64,000 nt of DNA, taken from contig NW_024704742.1 of NCBI RefSeq assembly GCF_018977255.1, positions 78,928,001-78,992,000 on the forward strand, in the 5' to 3' direction. This DNA is from Callorhinchus milii (Eukaryota). The position numbers and the translations under genes are program-made. Below are positions 53,877-64,000 of this stretch, one piece after another; position 1 is the first letter of the stretch, and every line of letters begins with the position of its first letter. The notes beneath the pieces are model-generated. The model saw only the letters and a program-made list of their open reading frames with translations, had not been told where the DNA came from and made no database searches.

Positions 53877-55244
53877 AAGCCAGCTACGGAGGGTGGGGAG
53901 ATGAATGGGATGTAAGTAGTTCAGAGAGGTAGGGAGGCAGCAGGGTATGAAGTGATTTGTATATGAGGATCTTGAAATTGATCCATCTATAATATAGAAC
54001 CATCTGAAACATTACATTTTCATCCCAGGATCTTATTTATAAGTGGAGATTGATGAGTGAAGACATTCTTTATCTGCACATGATGCTATTTTGACTTTCG
54101 GACATCCAGAATCAACATTTTTACATAGCAACTCACACATTAAATTCCCATTATAATCATCACTTCCAGTCATGTTTTAGTGGATCTTCCTTATCTTATT
54201 CTTGACTCCGCGTAGAATGCAACCAGACCTCCTTAACTGTTAACATCTTACTGTGCGATGTTCACTCACATCACATTGATACTTTTTTGTGAAGCAAGTG
54301 ACAGAACAGATTGCAGTTGGAGATGACTATGATGAGGACAAATGTCTCATCAATTTGATCCTGCTGGTTCTAGGGAGCACAGAAAGATATGCAGAAATTT
54401 TGCGGAGGGCACGATTACATAAGGAAGAAATTTTCCACAACCCATTGCTTGCTCCAGAGACTTTTAAAAATCTCAAGGTTAACCATCAGGAATGCATCAT
54501 CCTGCTGGTACATGGTAGGAGACAGTTAAAACAGACAGCTTGGTCAGACAGTCATATCAAAAACTGCAGAAAGCTGACCACTTCAGACAATACATTGAAA
54601 TAACCTGGAAAAACGTTAGTGTGAATGGGAATGCGAGTAGCAAATTTAACGCACGTCATTTTTTTATATAACCTTTCAGCACACAGAGAATCTCTTGTTC
54701 AATAGAAGTATTCATATTTTTACACTGCAGAAAGAGTGATAATCGGAAGCTGTTCATAAACATAATTATCCTTGAATGCTGTTATTCTAAAGTCCAGTGA
54801 TTTCAGCCACTTTATCGCAGTCTATTACTACATTATTGATAAATTAAAGAAACATAAACATCAATAATGATTTATTTTAGCAACATGTACTTCTCCAAGC
54901 AGGACAACAATGCACAATAAACCTGCCACCCAGTGCCATGAATTAATGCAGAGGCCTGTTCTGCAGAAGGCTTGACAGCATTCTGAAACGCTACAAAACT
55001 GAAGTGTGGCAAACAATTATTATGTAAGATGAGGCCTCACTAACCTTGGAAATATTAAAAAGATTTGTGAAGGAAAGGAACAGACCTGGCTAAATGCAGG
55101 ATGAATCCCAGTGCCCAGGCCAAAGGCCAGATTGGTGCCAGCAACGTCGAGATGTATCGTTTTGTGTATCTCACTGACTCTGTTACAGGACGATCTAGCT
55201 AAGACAACTGTGCATTTTAAAGAACAAAACTGCCTACAACTTTC

Positions 55245-55775
55245 AGCTTCAATTGGTAACACTCTTGCCACTGAGAAAGAAGGTTATGGTTTCAAACCCC
55301 ATGTCAGGTCTTTGAATTCACATAGTTTTGGCTGTCATTCTACTGCTGTGCCAGGGTGTGCTGTATTATGGGAGGTGCTGTGTTTCAGGTGAGATGTTAA
55401 AACAAGGTCCCATCTGCCTGCTCAGGTGGATGCTAAAGATCCCATGGCACTTTTCAAAAAGAAAAGGGAGTTTCTCCCAGTATCCTGGCCAACTGTTGTA
55501 GAATCATACAATTTCACAGCACAAAAGGAGGCCATTCGGCCTATCGTGCCTGTGCCGACTCTTTGAAAGAGCTATTCAGCTAGTCCCATTCCCCTGCTCT
55601 TAACCCAAAGCACTGCAAATTTATCCTCCAGATAAAGCTGTTCATTCACTTCATGGTTGATTGTGAGACATTTCTGTGTGCAAATTGACAGCTGCATTCA
55701 CCTACAAATCGCACTTTAGATCACTTTGAGATATCCTGATGTGAAAGGCATTATATCGCATGCAGAGATTATTAT
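55245..55775 (+). mobile_element. DeuSINE-like SINE interrupted by a CR1 3' end (55498-55630)
   Basis: gagatgttaaaacaaggtcccatctgcctgctcaggtggatgctaaagatcccatggcac...ggccaac | insert | ccagataaagctgttcattcac. Confidence 0.8.
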
Positions 55776-56384
55776 AACAGCAAAATGTCTTGAAGTTCTC
55801 TAGAGAGAATTGCTGCTGGCAGTCACTTTGCACTCAGCAAAGTCCTACAAGCAGCCATAATGGGAGTGTCTAATATATATGGAGAATTGTTGGCTAACAA
55901 ACTGGGTAAAGTTCCCTTCTCTTTTCAAAATATCATGGGATCTTTAATTTCCACTTGAAGAGGTGGTCAAGGGCATCTAATTCATAGGACAATACCTCTG
56001 ACCATCCAGTTTTACATTGAGTGTCAGTATAGACTGTGATTTCAGCCACAACATTGGGCTTGAACCTACTATCATTGGCCCTGAGGCAAGAATAATACCA
56101 ATTGAATCAAGCTGACACCGAGTCAAAAAGGAAGCTGACTTAAAATTGCATATACCCAAGTCTGACAGGAGCAAATATCCATTTTGATTTGAAACCACAG
56201 GACATGCTAATGATACCACAGGACATGCAAATGACAAAACGGGGGACAGCAAATCATTTCAAGAAGTGACTTTGCTCTTTGTAAAAGTTGGGAAAGTTTC
56301 ACCAGTGATAGTCATGCTGAAACAAAATATTCTGCAGCATGGTGATATTGGATTGTTTGAAGTGCAATTTCAATTGTACTTTCA

Positions 56385-57040
56385 GCCTGGCTCAGCTGGT
56401 AGAAATCTCACCTCTGAATCAGAAGGTTGTCGTTTCAAGACCCACGTTGTGACTCAAACTTACATAGTCTAAGCTGCCACTCCGATCCAGTGTTGGAGGT
56501 GTGTTTCTTTGTCGACTATTCTGTCCTTTAGATGAGACTTCAACTTGAAGTATTGTCTGTCTGTTTAGGTGAACTTTAAAGATGTCATGGCACCATTCGA
56601 AAAGAGATGGTGTCTCCCGGTGTCCTGGCCAACAATCCCCCAAATAAGATTGGTTATTTTTAAGTTCCGCCACTGTTCCAGCACTGCCAGAACTCCCTCC
56701 CTCAATCCCTTCACCTTGCCCTTCTTTCCCCATTTTCAGTTTGCGCCTGAAGACCTTCCTCTTTGACTGTGCCTATGGTCAGCTTCCCCCTCCCTCTAGC
56801 TCGGCATCAGGCTCCACCAATATTAAGAACCCTGGGATGCCGCCCAGGTGGAGGGCGCTATATGAATGCAAGTTGTTGTTATTTGATTCATGGCTGTTTG
56901 TGGGGCATTGCTGTGCCCAATTGGGCTGCCACGTGTGTACGCCTAAAAATACACAGTTTACAGTAAATCCACTTCACAGTAAATCCTGTGAAACACTTTG
57001 AGAAGTCTTTCTGACAACTGCAAGGATTATTACTATTATT
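56385..57040 (+). mobile_element. DeuSINE-like SINE interrupted by an L2 3' end (about 56665-56882)
   Basis: The host core ends at about 56660 and resumes at ttcatggctgtttgtggggcattgctgtg. Confidence 0.8.
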
Positions 57041-57981
57041 ATAAATATGTCATTGAATGCAAGGATTATGATTAAGTAGGAACGGATGTCCACATCTCCT
57101 GCCAAAAACATCTTTACCTTCAGAGAGCTGGCAACATTGCAGTAGCTGTCGTTATAAGTGTAGACATAGATGCTCTAGTCAACGCAATGTCTATTTCCTG
57201 TGCTGCAGGGCACAGAGAAAGTTTAGTCAATGGAAAACAACCAACCAAGGTCAAACAGGAGAGATGAAGAGATATTCTGCAGTCTCACATGATTACCTTT
57301 CAGGATCAGGGTGTATTGATGCAGAACAACTCCAGAGGATACAGAATATCTGCAGCAGAGTTTATAATAGGGCAGAAGTACATGATCTGGAATGATAGGT
57401 TTGATGAGCTTTAAGGCCTTTTCTCACTCCAGCCTATGCCTCATGCAATTTGGGGATACACAGTATATACATGCAAGGTTATTTAAGCTAATTACCAGCT
57501 ATTATAGAGTGCAATAATACTGCAGAAACATTTATGGTCAAGTTCTTTAAACACTAGCTACTGTATAAAAAGCAAATATGACCCTTCGCTGAATTATCAG
57601 AAGAATAAAATACAAATCAAAAGAAGTCATCTCATCGTGATACATATACATTGATTATATACATTGAAAAAGTGCCTTTCATGTCAGGAGGACATCTCAG
57701 AGTGCTTCACAGGATTTACTGTAAAGTGCAGTGAATATATTTTGTAGTCAAACAAGGTGTTGGCCAGGTCTCCATCTGGATTACTGTGTACAGTTGTGGC
57801 TATCTAATGTACTAATGATATTATTATCCTTGAGGGGGAACGCAGAGGGATGTGATACATTATTAGAGCGCATGTTATATCGAGGTCTTGTCTACCTCTT
57901 CTGGTAGACGTTAAAGATCTCATTGCACTATTTGAAAAGTGAAAGCATGTCTCGCTTTGTCCTGGCCAACAAACCCCAAGA

Positions 57982-58337
57982 TAATAATAATAATCCCTAC
58001 ACTTGACATAGCATCTTATTATGTGTTGAGATGTCTCAAAGCCCTTCACACAATATACTGTAAAGTGAATTGACAGTATATTTTGTGAATTAAATGAAGC
58101 AGCCAATTGTGTACACAGTGTCCTACAAACAATCATGGACTGAGTGACCAAATTATTAATGTGTTTCATTTTTAAGGGATTATTACCAATCCACCAACCA
58201 ACTAACCACAGGATTACTACTTACTGTTAGGTAAACAGAGCCAGGTAGAATAGGGAAACTTGCCTAAGGTTTCGCTCTGCTCAGGAATCAAACCTGAGTC
58301 ATCAGGCGAGTGTTCTAAACAATACACTACAGGACTC
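57982..58337 (-). mobile_element. SINE type B nested in a DeuSINE-like copy
   Basis: Flanked by agataa at 57979-57984 and 58350-58355. Confidence 0.8.
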
Positions 58338-58384
58338 AATTACTACAGGAGATAAAGTTGATCATTTACTTCATGACTGTTTGT

Positions 58385-59040
58385 AACTGTCTCATATCCT
58401 AGCCTCAACCACCTTCCTAGTAATCTGTTCCAGTCATTAATTACTCTCTGGGTAAAGAAATGTTTCCTAGTGTCTGTCCTGAAATTGCCTTTTGCAATCC
58501 TGACCCCATATCCTCTTGTTCTGCTATCTCAGTGCATCCGTCAGTATTGTTCTGGATTCACTTTTTCAATCACATTTAAAATCTTATGCAGCTCTATAGA
58601 GTCCCCTCTGAAATGTCTGCTTTTAAGACTGAAGAGCCCTAGCTTATCCAATCACTGCTCATATCTCATTCCTCTAATACTGGGGAAGCCTCATTGCTCT
58701 CTTATGCACTGTCTCTAGGAGCTGGAGAGCACCCTTATATCATGGTGACCAGAACTCAAGGTCTGGCCTTATCAGAGCACTATGTAGCTTGAGTGTGATT
58801 TTGGAGGTGTGAACCCAATTGATTTACCAACATAGTCTGGCATCCTGTTTACCTTATTTATTGCTGCCTCACACTGTTTTGACATGAGTGATGAATTAAC
58901 TTACTCCATCAGATCTCTTTCAGCTTCCCCCTTAGCAAGTTCTATCTCATTCATGGAGTATATGTGTTTCCTATTCTTACTTTCTATGCACAATAACTGG
59001 CCACTGAACTTCATTTGCCAATTATCAGGCCCTGTACATA
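58385..59040 (-). mobile_element. Degenerate CR1 ORF2 fragment
   Basis: Reverse strand reads FFTQRVINDWNRL, RGDSIE and ALIRPDLEFWSP-like motifs. Confidence 0.7.
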
Positions 59041-61032
59041 TGCTCTCTTTGTAAGATCTTTGCTGAAATTTAAATGCCTTACGCTGCGCCTGTGAATCCA
59101 GCTCATTAATACATCTGAGGAACGAATTGCCTCAACTTATAGTCATGCCTGAACGATTGTGCAGCATTGACTAATTTCGATACCCAACCCATACAACATG
59201 TATCATAAAAGAAATGATACTCACACTACACTGCAAACATTAACATTTTTTTTCCAATCTTATTAAATACGGAAAAAAGATTTTAAATCATACAAAGACA
59301 ACTTTCACAGACTTGAAATCAATTCAATGCACTGCATATCTGTGGCTGACACCAGTGGTCAGTCAGTCATAAAAAGCAATAAAATATATGAATTATAAAA
59401 TGTGCTGGTAATAATATATATTTGAAGCATATTCATTTGGTTCTGTCCATAAGAATTTTTTATGAAGTAGAAAAGACTGAGCATGGCCGTCACCTAATCT
59501 AGTTTAGGATTTTACAGAGGTTTTTTTCTTATCTTAGAAGTAAATGCTGGGTGTTGCACAATGTAAAATGACGTATTCACTACATAGTGGTACCATTTAC
59601 ATATGAAAAATAAGTCAATTATTTTTACATCCTGTTATCTTGCAATTGTATGTCCCTCGATTAGAAATTCAATGTAATTGACTCTCGCTGCGTGTCAAAT
59701 AAATTTGCAGTGCTCAGAGAGGCTTTCAGTCATGCCTGGGACACATGTACTGTTTTGTTTCTCTTTGGAACTAAACTTGTCCCTCGAGAAATCATAGCCA
59801 AGGTTAATATCTTACTAAAGCAGCAGGCCTCCGACTGTTTGTGAAGAGAGTGAGAGCACTGGTGACATGGATCTAATGGACTGTGAAGACACAACAGCAG
59901 TGGTAGCTGGTAGACTGTGAAATCAACAGATGTACTCCAATAAACAGGAGATGCAAAGCTCAGTTCGAAAACAAGTGGAATTGCTACTAAATGAAACATT
60001 GTAGGCTAAGCTGCTGCATTTTGATAGGTGCTATTTTCCGATATTTTCTCCCAGAACCGCTTTTGGTATTTTGATGGATTCTAGGTGTACGCAAAATAAC
60101 AACAACAACAAAATTATATTTGAATAGGACAACTGGGTAGCTGTGTATTGTGCAGTGTGAGCTCGGTAGTTTGATGTGCATAACATTTCCTGGAGGTCTG
60201 GCAATGTTGCACATGTTGTAGCGCAGCGAGGAGTTGCCTTGGAATGATGGAGTACCAGATTCATATTAAATAATTCAGCACTGGGCATCTTCTGTATCTG
60301 TCAGAATGTGAATGCAGCTTGAGTCACAAACAGCTTGAAGCGGTTTGTTTTTTTATTTATGTTAAAAGTATGGTAGAAGAAAGCATGGAGGGAGTCCAAA
60401 TTGCGTTTTTCCTAATTACCGACAAGAATTTAGGATTGCAATTTGTTCGCCAGTAGAGCATGACTTGCACCCTAAAATTCCAAATTCACTGGATTCGCTG
60501 AGTAAATATTTGAACGCTGGTGTGATGGGGCAGGAGTACAGTGGTTCAGTGGGTTAAGAGCTCCACTCCGCACCAACAAGCTGGCTCCACCAGCTACTTG
60601 GAACCTATTGTAAATCGTGTTAGGATACTCAACCCAGTTAATAGTGAATACAATTACACTGGGTTGATTGGGCCCATTTGTGGCATTTAATTGCCATTAT
60701 AACCAAGCCAAGCTAATACCAGTGTACAAAGAGCAGATGTGGGTGTAAGGACAAATAAAGTAAATAATCCAATTATTAATACATGCTCTATTAGGATATA
60801 TCAGCATCAGTAAACATGAACCGAGAAAGAAATCCTCAAGGTTCCTGTTTCCCAGCACTATCCAATGACCTCTGGAAAAAGTGTGTAATGGTTGCACTTT
60901 AAGAAGAGGATTGGCCTTAGTTGTAATACCTCTCTTGGTTCCTCAGCCAGATGAGGTACAACAGATTTGGAACATCAAACAAAAAATGACATTTATATTT
61001 CACATTTTATACAGTTCAAGAGGATACAGTTC

Positions 61033-62003
61033 AACAACAACAACCACAAGATTACATTTGTATAGTGCCTTTCACGTCGGGAGGACAGTGTACAGCATTT
61101 CAGACCCGAGCTGGGGTCAGGGGGGAAGAAGGGAGGGGAGTGGAAGGGGGTGGCCGATGGCACAGTCGAAGAGGAGGGTCTTGTGTTGGGACTTGAAAGA
61201 GGCTAAGGAGGGGGCGAGGTGGAGTGACTGGGGAATGAAATTCTAGAGGTTGGGGGCAGAGTGGCTGAAGGCTCTCCCACCAATGGTGGGGCGGGTGGGT
61301 CGGGGGACGTGGAGAAGGCTGGAGCCGGCTGAGCGGAGGGAACAGGCGGGTTGGTAGGGGCTTAGGAGGTCACAGAGGTAGGGTGGGGCGAGGCCATGGA
61401 GGGCTTTGTATGTGAGGACCAGGATCTTGAATTGGATCCTCTGAAGGATAGGGAGCCAATGGAGTCGGGTGAGGGTGGGGGAGATGGGGTCACGGAATTT
61501 GGTGCCGGAGATGACACGGGCTGCAGATTTCTGGATTATCTGCAGCCTGTGGAAGGAGGAGTTGCGAAGGCCGACAAGCAGGGCGTTTGCATAGTCGAGC
61601 CTGGAGGTGATGAAGGCATGAACAAGAGTTTCAGCGGCCTGAGGGGTGAGGTAGTGGCGGAGTCGGGCAATGTTATGGAGGTGAGGGAAGGCAGAGCGGG
61701 TCATGGCTTGGATGTGGGGAAGAAAAAACAGTTGAGGGTCGAACAAGACACCTAGGTTCCTGACTGTCTTGGTGAGTTGTAGTGTGCAACCATGGAGGTT
61801 GATGTTGCCAGAGCCTGAGGTGCTGAGGCGCTGGTGTGAGCCAATCAGGAGGGCCTCAGTCTTGTTCACATTCAACTGTAGAAAATTTGCCCTCATCCAG
61901 GACTTGATGTCCAACAGGCAGTCTGTCAGGACAGCAGTGGTTCTGGAGTTGAGGGTGGAGGCAGAAAGATAGAGTTTGGTGTCATCCGTATACATGTAGA
62001 AGT
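61033..62003 (-). mobile_element. L2-clade LINE, 5'-truncated, with RT C-terminal half and 3' UTR/tail
   Basis: ORF 61243-62028(-) has YTDDTKLY (degenerate YADD), [25 protein letters not shown] and LHWLPILQRIQFKIL, typical L2 ORF2 motifs; the element ends in a partial tail plus (GTT)n near 61033. Confidence 0.92.
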
Positions 62004-62388
62004 TCAAGATCCTGGTCCTCACCTTCAAAGCCCTCCATGGTGTTGTTACCCCTACCTCTGCGATCTCCTATTCCTCTACAATCCTGCTCCCTCCCTCCGC
62101 TCAGCGGGCTCCGGTCTGCTCCCGTCCCCCCGCATTGCTCGACCCACTATTGGCGGGCAGGCCTTCAGCCGCTCTGCCCCCAACCCTCTGGAACTCCATC
62201 CCTCCACCTTGCCCCCTCCCTTCAAGACTCCCTTCTTTGACTGTGCTTTCGATCTCCCTGCTTCCCCCCTTGCCCTCCACCCTCCCCGATCCCAACCCCC
62301 AGCTCGGGTCTGAAACTGTCTGTCCAACACCTTGGCACATCCTCCCGACATGAAAGGCACTATACAAGTGTCATTTTGTTGTTGTTGT
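62001..62388 (+). mobile_element. L2 LINE 3' fragment, inverted relative to the adjacent L2
   Basis: Starts ttcaagatcctggtcctcaccttcaaagccctccatgg (FKILVLTFKALHG), contains IGGQAFSRSAPTLWNSIP, and ends catcctcccgacatgaaaggcact...(GTT)n. Confidence 0.9.
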
Positions 62389-63019
62389 ATATAACAAGAA
62401 TCCGAGCCCAAGCTGGTGGTTGCGATCAGGAGGGGTGGAGACGGGGAAGGTAGGGTAGGAGGGTGACCGAAGGCACAGTCGAAGAGGGGGGTCTTGAGAC
62501 GGTTCTTGGAACCATGCTTTTACTGGGGAACCCATCAATCTGCCTGAGTCCCAACCTCAGAAAAGTACCTGCTGCTAATGACCCACCTTCTAAAACTGAC
62601 CCTTGAACTGGAAGGTGACTGGGGAAGAGACACTGCCTGGCAACCTAGGATCTAGGCTTAGTTTGGTTACTCCTACCTGTATCATGCCCTAAATGCAGGT
62701 TTGTGGAATGGAAAAGTGATGTTCCAATGCATTCAATGTTAGATACCAGCTGACAGAGAAAAAGAGCAGTGATTTAGCAGAGCGCATCCTAGAGGGATCC
62801 TTTTTTAAAAAAAAACACCACTCTATTTCTGGTTGGAAATTCCAGCTCAAGAGAAAAAAGATAGAGAATATCCATGAGGCTGGCTACTCATTGGGCAGCA
62901 TTTTATTTCCCACATCAATTTCTTGTTTATGGCACTGACTCCATACAGCCACAAAAATTCATAACTTGGAAGATATGTCTGTGCTGGCTCTTTTATGAGC
63001 AATCCTTTCAGTACCATCT

Positions 63020-63275
63020 ATCTGCCCTTTCACCAAACACCTATAGTTTAATGCTTTCCAGGATCTAATTTAATTCTTTTTCGAAAGCTCATATGGATTC
63101 TGACTTAACCACCGCTCCCATATCCTAACTATTCGGCATTTATCCTAATCTCACCATTTGCTCCTTGTTATTCATGTTCAATTGATGTCCTCTAGTCACT
63201 GACTCACCAAGCAGTGGAAATAATTTATCTGCATTGACTCAATCAAAACCCCTCAGAATTTAAAGACCTCTATCG
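63020..63275 (-). mobile_element. Old CR1-like 3' fragment
   Basis: gtcactgactcaccaagcagtggaaataattt...cccctcagaatttaaagacctctatc; similar to 27230-27550. Confidence 0.5.
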
Positions 63276-64000
63276 GGACAGATCAGTGCTGCGGCATGGT
63301 TCCACTGGTAAAAGACACTACACACCTTGCCTGAGCATCAAAACTTGAATCGGGAATCTACAAGATAAACACTTGATGGTGACACTAAGCACCTAAAATT
63401 CAACAGCATTAAATCTAACTTTAGGGATGGGGAAAAAAAATCCCTCAATAAATAATCAGCTTCACCCTAAGCTGTTATGTTTAAAAGGTCTCTACCCCGG
63501 CGTAATTTGAAGCCTGCAACCTTATCTTGAGGTTGAGATGATAGTTCAATTCTCTCTTGTACTCTTGCCTTGCACTTTGTGAACTCATCAGAATAGTTCA
63601 ATTTGCTTACTGGCCTTTGTTGCATATTGCTTTACTGTCTTAATTGGTCAGGGGACAAACAAGTGGATGTAAAGGCAGAAAAGAGGAGGACTTCTACATG
63701 AAGAACTCTATCCTTTTCAAGGTCCAGGACAATTCATGGGATTCTGTGGCATAAAGAAGGAAAGCCTAAGGTACGTCTATCCAGACAAAGAAAAAAGGAG
63801 GTACGAGATGACGTGGACCTTCAATCTCTCCAAGAGAGATTAAGGCATTTTTTTGGAGAGGCACTGTGAGGTGCTCAACATAGGGAGATAAAGAGGTAAG
63901 GGGTCTGGACATCAGAGTGGGAGATGTGGCTGAAGCTACACTGGAGAAGTAAGGGGAGTGTTGCTCACATCCACTCCTGATTTAACATTCGGAACTTCAA

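Noticed and set aside
54289..54603. 104-aa ORF in unique sequence
   Set aside because: Non-ATG start, no recognisable domain and no convincing splice signals.
61243..62028. 261-aa ORF as a host gene or active RT
   Set aside because: It is a 5'-truncated L2 ORF2 remnant; the listed start lies in the neighbouring inverted L2 and the N-terminal RT and endonuclease domains are absent.
63660..64000. Purine-rich stretch with partly open frames and splice-like sites
   Set aside because: No recognisable protein and truncated by the window end; it may be an old LINE remnant but I cannot support a call.
1..64000. CRISPR arrays, prokaryotic operons, known miRNA/snRNA/rRNA genes
   Set aside because: The repeats are dispersed retroposons, not regularly spaced repeat-spacer units; I recognised no known mature miRNA or structural RNA by eye, though an Rfam search would be needed to exclude them.

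Overview
This is repeat-rich, AT-rich vertebrate non-coding DNA, either a large intron or an intergenic region. The repeat repertoire points to a cartilaginous fish, most plausibly a chimaera such as Callorhinchus milii (inference from repeat types; no database search was run). I can support no host protein-coding gene. The only protein-like ORFs are decayed reverse-transcriptase fragments of L2 and CR1 LINEs; the best preserved is 61243-62028 (-). The window holds about 30 tRNA-derived SINE copies in three related types that share a 3' half and an L2-type stem-loop tail: an old DeuSINE-like type A, a chimeric type B with an extra core, and a young type C lacking about 63 nt of that core. Many copies are nested inside older elements. 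Also present are unnamed dispersed repeats, MITE-like inverted repeats, a decayed Penelope-type hammerhead motif, hairpins, microsatellites, a G-quadruplex tract and several unique blocks that look like conserved non-coding elements. I found no convincing new gene system; the interesting signals concern transposon evolution. Repeat boundaries were read by eye and are approximate.
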